Below are positions 1 through 9,089 of a stretch of 64,000 bases of DNA, one piece after another (within the stretch, counting starts at the first letter, position 1; each line of letters begins with the position of its first letter). The notes beneath the pieces were generated by a model. It ran no database searches. It had not been told where the DNA came from and saw nothing but the letters and a program-made list of their open reading frames with translations. A program made the position numbers and the translations under genes. Origin of the DNA: Bacteroidota bacterium (GTDB taxonomy: Bacteria; Bacteroidota; Bacteroidia; Bacteroidales; WCHB1-69); assembly GCA_023392945.1 (NCBI GenBank), contig JAEWNB010000069.1:3375-67374 (forward strand), given 5' to 3'.

Positions 1-406
1 CCTGATTGAGCACATTAACAACAACTGCAGATTTTGGGAGATCTGTCTCCAAACGGTTTGAAGAAACCACTACTTCATTAATATTCAAAGGTGAAGGTTC
101 CATTTCAATATTCAATTCCAGAACTTTTCCCTTTTCTAAAACAACCTCTTTCTCCAAACCTGCATATCCAATGCTGGAGACCACTACTGCATATGACCCT
201 TTTGGAATTCCCGCCAAATAATAATCTCCCAACTCATTGGTAAAAGTGGAAAAAGTAGTCCCTTTTACTGAGACTGATACAAATTTTAAAGCAGTTTTGT
301 CTTCTTTATCTATAATTTTACCTCTGATTCCACAGAGCTCATCTTGTGCAAAAGAAAAGACACAAATTAGCAATAGTGATAATAAGGTAATGATATATTT
401 TTTCAT
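1..406 (-). CDS. TonB-dependent receptor, N-terminal fragment (gene continues past the window start)
   Basis: Own translation of the minus strand from the ATG at 404-406: MKKYIITLLSLLLICVFSFAQDELCGIRGKIIDKEDKTALKFVSVSVKGTTFSTFTNELGDYYLAGIPKGSYAVVVSSIGYAGLEKEVVLEKGKVLELNIEMEPSPLNINEVVVSSNRLETD... This is a signal peptide, then a carboxypeptidase-regulatory-like domain, then the start of a plug domain, the usual Bacteroidota TBDR N-terminus. The frame is open to the window edge, so it is missing from the ORF track. Confidence 0.8.
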   Translation of the reverse strand, partial: MKKYIITLLSLLLICVFSFAQDELCGIRGKIIDKEDKTALKFVSVSVKGTTFSTFTNELGDYYLAGIPKGSYAVVVSSIGYAGLEKEVVLEKGKVLELNIEMEPSPLNINEVVVSSNRLETDLPKSAVVVNVLNQ

Positions 407-513
407 TTAATTTTTTTATTAATATTAATTTTAGTGATAACTAGTCATCATAATTATTATTATGAATTTTATTATCTATTATCTACTTAGATAAGAATTT
501 TAAATATTTGAAA

Positions 514-906
514 TTATAAATAATAATTGATAGATGGGGGAGCTCTTAGAGATAAGTTTTTTAAGTAAGAAGAAACTAATAACGTTTGATTTATGTCAAC
601 AGAAACATTATTCAGAAAAAATAAATGAGGATTTAAATCATAAAAGTCAATACTAAACTCATCAGAAAAGAATATGGAGGGATCATTTTCAAAATTACAA
701 CAACAATGAGAGTCGTGATGTTTTTCGGAAAAGGGGGCATGATGATCATGATGAGCAAAACAAGGGTAGGAATGAGCCACAATAATCCCATCAACAATAT
801 GAATATGATAAAAATAGGAGATCCCGCCCAGATAAAAAGAGATTAGGACAACAAGAAAGAGAGAACCCAATTTCTTACATGATGTTATCCTAAATATTTT
901 AAACAT
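514..906 (-). CDS. Small His/Cys-rich membrane protein (possibly the HYC_CC_PP-type family), upstream of the TonB-dependent receptor
   Basis: 130 aa with an N-terminal TM helix (LGSLFLVVLISFYLGGISYFY), then AHSYPCFAHHDHHAPFSEKHHDSHCCCNF and a C-terminal LRAPPS. It is on the same strand as, and about 100 nt upstream of, the TBDR fragment. Confidence 0.6.
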   Translation of the reverse strand: MFKIFRITSCKKLGSLFLVVLISFYLGGISYFYHIHIVDGIIVAHSYPCFAHHDHHAPFSEKHHDSHCCCNFENDPSIFFSDEFSIDFYDLNPHLFFLNNVSVDINQTLLVSSYLKNLSLRAPPSINYYL

Positions 907-972
907 TTGCAGTTAATAATTTGCTGCAAATATAAAAAAAATAGAATAAATGAGAAATGATGTTATTGAGCT

Positions 973-1004
973 AAAAAAAAAGCTGCCAAATAGTAGGGCA
1001 GCTT
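973..1004 (-). terminator. Intrinsic terminator downstream of pnp
   Basis: The minus strand reads AAGCTGCCCTACTATTTGGCAGCTT followed by a T9 run, about 18 nt after the pnp stop. Confidence 0.75.
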
Positions 1005-1021
1005 ATAATTAAATAATCAGA

Positions 1022-3250
1022 TTAATCTCTTCTCGGAGGTCTGTTATTATTATGAGGTCTATCATTACGAGGCTTATCTTGAGAAGGTCTCGGGCGGGCA
1101 GGTCTGTCTTCTTCCTTATAACCTTCCGGTTTCGGAAGGAGCACCTTGTGAGAAAGTTTCAATTTCCCTGTTTTTTCATCCACAGCGATTAATTTAACCT
1201 TAATTTCATCCCCTACTTTAAGAACATCTTCTACATTTTCCAATCTACGATATTCTATTTCAGAAATATGAAGCAATCCATCGTGACCGGGAATAATTTC
1301 GACAAAAGCGCCGAAAGGCATAATATTTTTCACTACCCCATCATAAATTTCTCCAATTTCCGGGACAGCAGTAATAGTCTTAATGCGTTTGATAGCTCTA
1401 TTAATATCATCCACATTTGCAGCAGCAATGTCAATAATCCCATACTCACCCACCTCTTCAATATTGATAACTGTATTTGTTTCACGTTGCATTTCCTGAA
1501 TAATTTTTCCTCCGGGTCCAATAACGGCACCAATTTGTTCGCGGGCAATTTGCAGTTGAACAATACGGGGAACAAAGGGCTTATAATCTTCCCGGGGAGC
1601 AGGCATCGCTTCATTAATTTTATCAAGAATAAATAGTCTTCCTATTCTCGCTTGTTCCAAAGCTTCAGCCATTATTTTAGAAGAAAGACCATTAATTTTG
1701 ATATCCATTTGACAGGCGGTAATTCCATTTTTGGTTCCGCATACTTTAAAATCCATATCCCCCAGGTGGTCTTCATCTCCCAAAATATCTGAAAGAATGG
1801 CATATTTACCGGTTTTACTATTGGTAATTAAACCCATAGCTATTCCTGAAACAGGATTTTTAATTTTAACTCCACAGTCCAACAATGCCAACGTTCCAGC
1901 ACAAACCGTAGCCATAGACGAGCTTCCGTTAGACTCCAGAATATCAGACACAATTCTCACGGTATAAGGAAATGCAGCATCTTCGAACGGGATTACTCGT
2001 TTAAGTGCTCTGTGAGCCAAATTCCCGTGACCAATTTCACGTCTTCCGGCACTCATAATTCTTTTAACTTCTCCAACTGAAAAAGGCGGAAAGTTATAAT
2101 GTAACATAAACCGACTTGTTCCGTCAATTACAGCACCGTCTATATTTTGTTCATCCAACTTGGTTCCAAGAGTACAAGTTGACAAAGACTGAGTTTCTCC
2201 TCTGGTAAAGATAGCAGAGCCATGAGCGGACGGCAAATAATCGGTTTCAATCCAAATTGGTCGAATTTGATCCAGTTGACGTCCATCCAAACGAATTCTT
2301 TCATCAAGAATCATAGCACGCATTGCATCATATTGAACATCATGATAATATCGATTTATCATAGGAGTTTTAGCATCTCTTTCTTCTTCAGGAATAGTTT
2401 CTATAAATTCAGCTAAAATTGCATCGAATAAATCATTCCTTTCATGTTTGCCAACAAAAGATTTTGCAATTTCATAAACTTTGTCGTAAAGCGTTTTATG
2501 CACCAATGTGCGTAAATCTTCATCATTATTTTCGTGGCAATATTCTCTTTTAGGGCTTGCTTTTTCGACCATGGCAGCCAATTCAAGTTGAGCCTGACAT
2601 TGAATCTTAATAGCTTCGTGAGCAAAGTTAAGAGCGTCCACCATGTCACTTTCTGAAATTTCTTTCATTTCACCTTCGACCATCATGATATTATCCATGG
2701 AAGCGGCAACAATCATATCAATATCAGAATTCTCCATCTGTTCAATAGTGGGATTAATGACAAAAGAGCCATCGATTCTGCCAACTCTAACTTCAGAGAT
2801 TGGTCCGTTAAAAGGGATATTAGAAACCGCGAGAGCAGAAGAGGCAGCCAAGCAAGCCAGCGCATCCGGTAAATTATTTTTATCTCCGGAAATCAGAGTA
2901 ACAATAACTTGGGTCTCTGCGTGGAAATTATCCGGGAAAAGAGGTCTAAGTGCTCTGTCAACCAAACGGGCAATCAAAATTTCATATTCTGAAGGGCGGG
3001 CTTCACGTTTAAAAAAACCACCGGGAAAACGCCCAACAGCTGCATATTTTTCTTGATATTCAACCTGAAGCGGCATAAAGTCAACATTTTCAGCTGCATC
3101 TTTTTTGGCACAAACAGTTGCTAAGAGCATCGTGTTTTCCATTCTTACCACTGCCGATCCATCGGCTTGTTTAGCCAATTTTCCTGTTTCGATGGTAACC
3201 TGTCTGCCGTCACCAAGTTCAAAAGTTTTGTTTATTCCTAACATAATCAT
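1022..3250 (-). CDS. pnp: Polyribonucleotide nucleotidyltransferase (PNPase)
   Basis: 742 aa with two RNase PH-like halves, followed by KH ([15 protein letters not shown]) and S1 ([20 protein letters not shown]) domains. The N-terminus [27 protein letters not shown] is typical of PNPase. Confidence 0.97.
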   Translation of the reverse strand: MIMLGINKTFELGDGRQVTIETGKLAKQADGSAVVRMENTMLLATVCAKKDAAENVDFMPLQVEYQEKYAAVGRFPGGFFKREARPSEYEILIARLVDRALRPLFPDNFHAETQVIVTLISGDKNNLPDALACLAASSALAVSNIPFNGPISEVRVGRIDGSFVINPTIEQMENSDIDMIVAASMDNIMMVEGEMKEISESDMVDALNFAHEAIKIQCQAQLELAAMVEKASPKREYCHENNDEDLRTLVHKTLYDKVYEIAKSFVGKHERNDLFDAILAEFIETIPEEERDAKTPMINRYYHDVQYDAMRAMILDERIRLDGRQLDQIRPIWIETDYLPSAHGSAIFTRGETQSLSTCTLGTKLDEQNIDGAVIDGTSRFMLHYNFPPFSVGEVKRIMSAGRREIGHGNLAHRALKRVIPFEDAAFPYTVRIVSDILESNGSSSMATVCAGTLALLDCGVKIKNPVSGIAMGLITNSKTGKYAILSDILGDEDHLGDMDFKVCGTKNGITACQMDIKINGLSSKIMAEALEQARIGRLFILDKINEAMPAPREDYKPFVPRIVQLQIAREQIGAVIGPGGKIIQEMQRETNTVINIEEVGEYGIIDIAAANVDDINRAIKRIKTITAVPEIGEIYDGVVKNIMPFGAFVEIIPGHDGLLHISEIEYRRLENVEDVLKVGDEIKVKLIAVDEKTGKLKLSHKVLLPKPEGYKEEDRPARPRPSQDKPRNDRPHNNNRPPRRD

Positions 3251-3313
3251 TCTTTGTTATTTTTTTGAATTTCTGAAAGAGAGAGAATATAGACTTTCAC
3301 TTCCTTAAAAATA

Positions 3314-3342
3314 GAAAAAAAAGGCAATTTGAAAAATTACCT
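3314..3342 (-). terminator. Intrinsic terminator between rpsO and pnp
   Basis: The minus strand reads GGTAATTTTTCAAATTGCC (8-bp stem with one G-U pair) followed by a T8 run. A and T runs on both sides make it formally bidirectional. Confidence 0.55.
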
Positions 3343-3368
3343 TTTTTTGAGAGCTGGCGAACTTACCG

Positions 3369-3638
3369 TTATTTTCTAAGACCTAAAGTCTTAACGATAT
3401 TTCTGTATCTTTCTATATCCTGTATTTTCAAAAAGTCTAATAATTTTCTTCTTTTTCCAACTAAAGCAATCAGAGAACGTTTGGTTGTGAGGTCTTTTTT
3501 ATTGGATTTCAGATGTTCAGTAAGATGTTTAATTCTGTGGGTAAAAAGCGCCACCTGGCTTTCTGGTGATCCTGTATCAAACTCAGATTTGCCAAATTCC
3601 TTAAAAATGTTTTGTTTAACTTCGGGTGTTAAATACAT
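3369..3638 (-). CDS. rpsO: 30S ribosomal protein S15
   Basis: 89 aa, with GSPESQVALFTHRIKHLTEHLKSNKKD...RRKLLDFL. This is the classical rpsO-pnp gene pair. Confidence 0.96.
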   Translation of the reverse strand: MYLTPEVKQNIFKEFGKSEFDTGSPESQVALFTHRIKHLTEHLKSNKKDLTTKRSLIALVGKRRKLLDFLKIQDIERYRNIVKTLGLRK

Positions 3639-3685
3639 AATAATCTACTCTTTTTTAATATTTTTCGTTTTATTTTTTTGGATTG

Positions 3686-3693
3686 CAAAAATA
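3686..3693 (-). promoter_or_regulatory. Bacteroidota -7 box (TAnnTTTG) for rpsO
   Basis: The minus strand reads TATTTTTG, 47 nt upstream of the rpsO ATG. Confidence 0.45.
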
Positions 3694-3796
3694 CGAAAAT
3701 TTTCTTATCTTTTTTCTATTCAGTATTTTTATTGAAAATTTTTCTATAATAATCTAACTTCTAAAGAAAAATAAGCATAATTTGTTTACTCTGAAG

Positions 3797-3828
3797 TAAA
3801 AAAAGGCTGCCGGTTTTCGGCAGCCTTT
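3797..3828 (-). terminator. Intrinsic terminator downstream of the M16 peptidase gene
   Basis: The minus strand reads AAAGGCTGCCGAAAACCGGCAGCCTTT followed by a T run, about 18 nt after the stop at 3846. Confidence 0.8.
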
Positions 3829-3845
3829 CATACTAATGGTAAAAA

Positions 3846-6665
3846 TTATTTCTTCATTGCTTCAGGATACAATGTTAATCTTACAAATTGGTCAGGAGTA
3901 AAATAGGCATTCATAAATTTAACAATATCCTCATTGGTCACGGCATTGACACGTTTTTCATAGGAATTAATTGCATTAACATCATCACCGTAATAATAAT
4001 TTCCAATAATATAACTGTTCCAGAATTTATTAGTTTTAACATCAGTTTGATTAGTAGTTATAAGTTGTTTTTTAACTTTATCAAGAGTTTCTGGTTTCGG
4101 ACCGGTTTTTTGAAAGCCTTTTAGAATATCGGTAACAGCATTGGCCAAATTGTCTGTATTATCCGGAGCACAGCTAAACATAACCAAAGTAGTATAGGTA
4201 GATCTTGGATATTTTTCACTTACCATTTGGAGCATCGGGGAATAAACACCACTCATTTTTTCACGAATAGTTTCAATTAATTCTATTTGCAAAGCTTCCT
4301 CTATTTGATCAACAATCATATTATTTTCCAATGTCCATGGATATTCTTTATTGAAACCCAACCCCACCCAACTTTGTTCTGCTGCACCAAAATAGAGTGA
4401 ATTATTTATCAAAGAAGCGGGAAATTCTTTTAAAATATCTCCTTTAAAATTCTCTCTTTCAATAGAAGTTGGAAGAGAAGCAATATAGGTTTCGATAAGA
4501 TAATTCAAAGTATCTTCAGAAAAATTACCCACAAAGCTGAAAAGAAAATCGGCAGGATTTGCAAAACGCTGTTTATAAATTTGAAAAGCTTTATCATAAT
4601 TGGCAGAAGATACGAAATCTTCAGTATAGTTTAAAAGATTAGCCTGATAAGGATCGTTCTGGGAAAGGAGCCCGAGAAATTCTCCAAAAAATTTATACAT
4701 AGGGTTTACCTTCAGCATCTTAACTTGTTCAATATTTTCATCAATAACAATTTTATAGACACTGGTATCATATCTTGGATTTGTAAAAAAAGCATTCAGA
4801 TATTGAAAGAAAAGATCGAGGTCTTTGGGAGTAGAAGATCCAGAAAGGCCTTCCTCAATAGTACTAATATAAGGTGTCAGTCCAAGTTTTTTCCCTTTTA
4901 ATTTTTTTTCCAGAGAAGAATAGTTTAATTCTCCTATTCCGGCACGGTCAACCATCTGTGATGCAAAATTGACTGAAGCCAAATCCGAAACTTCATAAAG
5001 GCTCATTCCACCCTTGCTTTGAGCTGAAAACAATATTTCATCATTTTTAAAATCTGTTTTCTTTACATAAACCTTAATTCCATTTGACAAAGTAAGTTCT
5101 TTTGTCCCAATTTCAGGGATTTCTTTTACATCGACAATTTTGCCCGGGGTCAAATTATTTTTTTCAACAATATTTTGTTCTTTATAAGTATCTACATAAG
5201 GAGTAACATCTTGTAAAGAAGGATCTTTGATAATAGACAAAACCTCTGCTTCTGTTGGCACAACAACGCCTTCTTTTTCAGGAGCAAGAACTACGGCAAC
5301 AAAGTTATCCTGAGTTATCCAATTTTTTGCCAAATCATTAACCTCACCCAAAGTAATTTGTTCCAGATATTTATTTGCAAAACCCAATTCTCTTTTAGCT
5401 CCGGGAATTGGATCTTGGTGAAGGAAATTGGCAACATATTCAGCAGCAAAATCTTCAGATTCAGTTTTGTCAATTTCTTTCACAGCAATGTCATATTGAT
5501 TCAGCAACTCTTCTTTTGCTCTTTTCAACTCGCTTTCTAAAAATCCAAATTTAAGTACGCGATAATTTTCTCTCATTAGGGTTCTGATGGCATCAGCAAT
5601 TTTATTCTCTTTTGAAGAAGCCTGAGACATATAACAATCAACAGATCCTATTAATTCACTATATCCGCAATAAGCTCCCACAAAAGGAGCTTTACTATCT
5701 TGAAGGATTTCACTTAATCTTGAGTCAATCATTAAATTAAATAATCTGTGTGCCATGTGAGTTTTGAAATCTCCGATAGTTTTCATTCTAAAGTGAGGGA
5801 ATTTTCTTACTAACATAACCTGACTTCCCATAGCTTCCTTATCAGTACACACAGCAACAAGAGGTTCTTTGTTCCCTTCAATTGGGAATTCTATTTTTTC
5901 ACGACCATTTTTAACCGATTTTATTTTACCGAATGTATTGATGATTTGTTGTTCCATTGCAGCAGGATCAAGATCTCCAACAACAACTATTGCCTGTAAA
6001 TCAGTCCTGTACCAATCTTTATAAAAATCTTTAATGGTTTGGTATTTAAAATTTTGAAGAATTTCCAGTTTTCCTATTGGCAAACGGTTTGCATATCTGG
6101 AATTAGTAAATAAAACAGGAAACCATTTTTTCTGCATTCGGTCGCTGGCACCAAGTCCCATACGATATTCTTCAACAATAATTCCTCTTTCTTTATCAAT
6201 TTCCTCATTATCATATAGTAAACCATTAGCCCAACCATAAAGAATATTCAAACCCATTTGCACATATTTAGGGTCTTCGGCTGGCATTTTAATCATATAT
6301 ACAGTTTCATCAAATGAAGTATAAGCATTTAAATCAACTCCGAAAGCAACCCCTATTTTCTGTAATTCGCTAACCAATTCATTACCCGGAAATCCTTTAA
6401 TTCCATTAAATGCCATGTGTTCAGTAAAATGAGCCAACCCCTGTTGATCATCATTTTCCTGATTGGAGCCGGCATTGACTGCTAAGCGAAATTCAATCCT
6501 TTTTTCCGGTTTTTTATTTGCCCGGATGTAATAAGTGATTCCGTTTTCAAGTTTCCCAATTTTCACATTGGGATCCTTATTTATCGGAGAATCTAAAGTT
6601 TGGGCACTTAATACCATAAAAGAAGTAATTAAAATGACCCATAATAAAGAAATTAATTTTTTCAT
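3846..6665 (-). CDS. Secreted M16-family (pitrilysin/insulinase) zinc peptidase, two-domain type
   Basis: 939 aa with a signal peptide (MKKLISLLWVILITSFMVLSAQT) and the inverted zinc motif HxxEH in GLAHFTEHMAFNG. The length fits a fused active plus inactive M16 pair. Confidence 0.9.
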   Translation of the reverse strand: MKKLISLLWVILITSFMVLSAQTLDSPINKDPNVKIGKLENGITYYIRANKKPEKRIEFRLAVNAGSNQENDDQQGLAHFTEHMAFNGIKGFPGNELVSELQKIGVAFGVDLNAYTSFDETVYMIKMPAEDPKYVQMGLNILYGWANGLLYDNEEIDKERGIIVEEYRMGLGASDRMQKKWFPVLFTNSRYANRLPIGKLEILQNFKYQTIKDFYKDWYRTDLQAIVVVGDLDPAAMEQQIINTFGKIKSVKNGREKIEFPIEGNKEPLVAVCTDKEAMGSQVMLVRKFPHFRMKTIGDFKTHMAHRLFNLMIDSRLSEILQDSKAPFVGAYCGYSELIGSVDCYMSQASSKENKIADAIRTLMRENYRVLKFGFLESELKRAKEELLNQYDIAVKEIDKTESEDFAAEYVANFLHQDPIPGAKRELGFANKYLEQITLGEVNDLAKNWITQDNFVAVVLAPEKEGVVVPTEAEVLSIIKDPSLQDVTPYVDTYKEQNIVEKNNLTPGKIVDVKEIPEIGTKELTLSNGIKVYVKKTDFKNDEILFSAQSKGGMSLYEVSDLASVNFASQMVDRAGIGELNYSSLEKKLKGKKLGLTPYISTIEEGLSGSSTPKDLDLFFQYLNAFFTNPRYDTSVYKIVIDENIEQVKMLKVNPMYKFFGEFLGLLSQNDPYQANLLNYTEDFVSSANYDKAFQIYKQRFANPADFLFSFVGNFSEDTLNYLIETYIASLPTSIERENFKGDILKEFPASLINNSLYFGAAEQSWVGLGFNKEYPWTLENNMIVDQIEEALQIELIETIREKMSGVYSPMLQMVSEKYPRSTYTTLVMFSCAPDNTDNLANAVTDILKGFQKTGPKPETLDKVKKQLITTNQTDVKTNKFWNSYIIGNYYYGDDVNAINSYEKRVNAVTNEDIVKFMNAYFTPDQFVRLTLYPEAMKK

Positions 6666-6728
6666 TGCTTTGAAGATTTATTATAATATTTATTGATTCC
6701 GTTTTTTGTTATTTAAAAATCAGGGCGG

Positions 6729-6736
6729 CAAAGATA
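6729..6736 (-). promoter_or_regulatory. -7 box (TAnnTTTG) for the M16 peptidase gene
   Basis: The minus strand reads TATCTTTG, 63 nt upstream of the ATG at 6665. Confidence 0.4.
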
Positions 6737-6796
6737 AAATATTTTCTTCAATAATAAATAATGATGAAACTCATTGAATTTATATAAAAAATAATG

Positions 6797-6804
6797 TATA
6801 TTTG
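6797..6804 (+). promoter_or_regulatory. -7 box (TAnnTTTG) for the sensor kinase gene
   Basis: TATATTTG lies 38 nt upstream of the ATG at 6843. Confidence 0.45.
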
Positions 6805-6842
6805 CATCATTATAAATTAATAATTTTTGAAATCATCTACAT

Positions 6843-9086
6843 ATGAAAACAAAACTTATCTGTTTTTCGTTTTTAATTTGTTGTTTTTTGGTTTCTTTCG
6901 GACAAAATACCCTCCAATCAAATACAAAAAAAATATTCATTTTAAGTTCTTATCATGATTCTTTTAAATGGGATCTTGGATTGGCAAAAGGATATAACCC
7001 ATATTTAATGAATGAAAATTTTGAAATATACCTGGCTCATCTTGATACAAAGCGAATATTTATGGATGAGGAAAGAGAGCTTTTCCTGCTAGATCTTTAT
7101 AAAAAACTTTACAAAAATTTTAAATTCGATATCATATTAGTAACTGATGATCCGGCACTTGAATTCATCAAAAATAATTTCAAGGAGCTTTCTTTCATAA
7201 AAAATGTTCCTATACTGGCATGCGGCATCAATAAACCCTCTTCCGAATATAAATCTATTATTTCTCAGACAAGAATTATTAGTGAAAATATAGAAGCTGA
7301 TGAAACAATTTTACAAATCAAAGCATTCTTTCCGGATATAAAAAATATATTTATTATAAATGACTACACAAAGACCGGTATTGCTTGGGCAGAAGATATT
7401 AAAAGACAAGTAAACAAAATTTCAAAACAAGTGGAAGGAATAAATTTTATATTCAACGAAGATATTCCTTATGATGATTTAATAAAAAAAATAAATTCCC
7501 TTCCCCAAAACTCAGCATTATTGGTTGGAGCCTATTTTCAGGATTCAGAAAAAAAATATTTCCCCAGTGATGAATTTTACAATGTGCTTGCCACTAAAAC
7601 CGATCTTCCCATTTTCGGTCTGCTCAGTGATCTTTTTAACGATAAAGTAGTAGGCGGAAAAATGAATAGCGGTGAGATTCATGGGGATTTATTGGGAAAA
7701 GAAGCAGTCCGTATTTTAAATGATTCACTCTCTTTTCCCAATTTAAAACAGAAAAATGAAGACCTGACTACGTGGATATTTAGTTATCCTGCTCTAAAAA
7801 AACACAATTTATTGAATGTAAAGCTTCCTAAAAATTCTACAATTTTGTATAAACCGCAGACATTTTTTGAAAGAAACAGCATTTATTTTAAATTTCTTTT
7901 TCTCTTTACAGCTTTGCTAATAATAGTATCGGTTACCATAATGATAATAAATATTTTCCTGCACCGAAGTGTTATTATCAAAACAAAAGAATTACAAAAT
8001 TTGATCGTAAAATTTGAATTTTTTATTTCTGAAATGCCAATCGGCTATATTGAACTAAATAAAAATTTTGAGATATTAAAATGGAATAAATCTGCTGTAA
8101 ATATTTTCGGCTATAACGAAGAAGAAGTTTTTGGGAAAAATCTGCTCGATTTTATGATCAATAAGGAGAAGCTTGAACATGCAAAAAAAGTATTTCACAA
8201 CGTTCACTTCAATAATTCTATTTCACAATCAACCCAAATTAAATCAAAAAACGGAAAAAGTATTGATTGTGTCTGGTATATTACAAAATATACTGTTGTA
8301 AATGAATTATCCTGTTACTTCTGCATGGTTGTAGATGTTTCTGAGAATTTAAGATTGAGAAAAAATTTGGAAAATATGCTTAAAAGGAGCAAGGATTTGA
8401 TGCAAAATAATGACATGTTCATTGCTTCTACAATTCACGACTTAAAGAATCTACTTACCCCGATTCTTAGCTACTCCGAATTAATGATGTTAGAGAATCT
8501 CCCAATAGAAAAAATGAAATACATATCTGAACAGCTTAATAAAAGTGCCACTAACTTAATTCAGATTTTTAATGACACACTTAATAATAGCAAAGTTTTA
8601 GGTACTTTTAAAAAGTTTGAACCAAAAGAATTTTCTATCTATAATTTAATTCAGAATATCCTATTAGTAACAAAAAATAATTTTGAACAAAAAAATATTT
8701 CTATTGAAAATCTTATTGAACCTGAACAAAAAGTATTTGCTGATGCTGAAATGATTAATTCAGTAATTATGAATCTTTTGCATAATGCCGGGAAATTCAC
8801 CCCTGAAAACGGAAAAATTACATTCTTCGGTAAAAAATTTCAGGATAACTACTATGAAATTAGTATTAAAGATACCGGAGTAGGTATTAATCCTGAAAAA
8901 ATTAAAGACTTGTTTACCAATAATAAATACTTTACTACTAAAGGGACTGCAAGCGAAACAGGCACAGGACTTGGGCTTATACTTTGCAATGATCTGATTA
9001 TGAAAAATAACGGCACCATAAGGGCTGAGAATAATAGTGACGGACCCGGAGCCACATTTTCAATTACATTGCCAATCAAAAATTAA
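6843..9086 (+). CDS. Sensor histidine kinase with a periplasmic solute-binding-like domain, TM, PAS, HisKA and HATPase
   Basis: 747 aa. After the signal peptide comes about 320 aa resembling ABC substrate-binding-type sensor domains (KKIFILSSYHDSFKWDLGLAKGY), then a TM helix (FLFLFTALLIIVSVTIMIINIF) and a PAS-like region. The H-box is STIHDLKNLLTPI, the N-box is LLHNAGKFTP, and the G-boxes are DTGVGI and GTGLGL. Confidence 0.88.
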   Translation: MKTKLICFSFLICCFLVSFGQNTLQSNTKKIFILSSYHDSFKWDLGLAKGYNPYLMNENFEIYLAHLDTKRIFMDEERELFLLDLYKKLYKNFKFDIILVTDDPALEFIKNNFKELSFIKNVPILACGINKPSSEYKSIISQTRIISENIEADETILQIKAFFPDIKNIFIINDYTKTGIAWAEDIKRQVNKISKQVEGINFIFNEDIPYDDLIKKINSLPQNSALLVGAYFQDSEKKYFPSDEFYNVLATKTDLPIFGLLSDLFNDKVVGGKMNSGEIHGDLLGKEAVRILNDSLSFPNLKQKNEDLTTWIFSYPALKKHNLLNVKLPKNSTILYKPQTFFERNSIYFKFLFLFTALLIIVSVTIMIINIFLHRSVIIKTKELQNLIVKFEFFISEMPIGYIELNKNFEILKWNKSAVNIFGYNEEEVFGKNLLDFMINKEKLEHAKKVFHNVHFNNSISQSTQIKSKNGKSIDCVWYITKYTVVNELSCYFCMVVDVSENLRLRKNLENMLKRSKDLMQNNDMFIASTIHDLKNLLTPILSYSELMMLENLPIEKMKYISEQLNKSATNLIQIFNDTLNNSKVLGTFKKFEPKEFSIYNLIQNILLVTKNNFEQKNISIENLIEPEQKVFADAEMINSVIMNLLHNAGKFTPENGKITFFGKKFQDNYYEISIKDTGVGINPEKIKDLFTNNKYFTTKGTASETGTGLGLILCNDLIMKNNGTIRAENNSDGPGATFSITLPIKN

Positions 9087-9089
9087 TAA

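Noticed and set aside
6-221. 71-aa plus-strand ORF at the window start
   Set aside because: It lies antisense to a much better minus-strand frame, the TonB-dependent receptor N-terminus with a signal peptide and CarbopepD_reg-like domain. Its sequence is low-complexity and T/S-rich.
1268-3308. Multiple 60-140-aa ORFs inside or antisense to pnp
   Set aside because: All are nested within the 742-aa PNPase frame, which has unmistakable motifs. They are typical AT-rich antisense artefacts.
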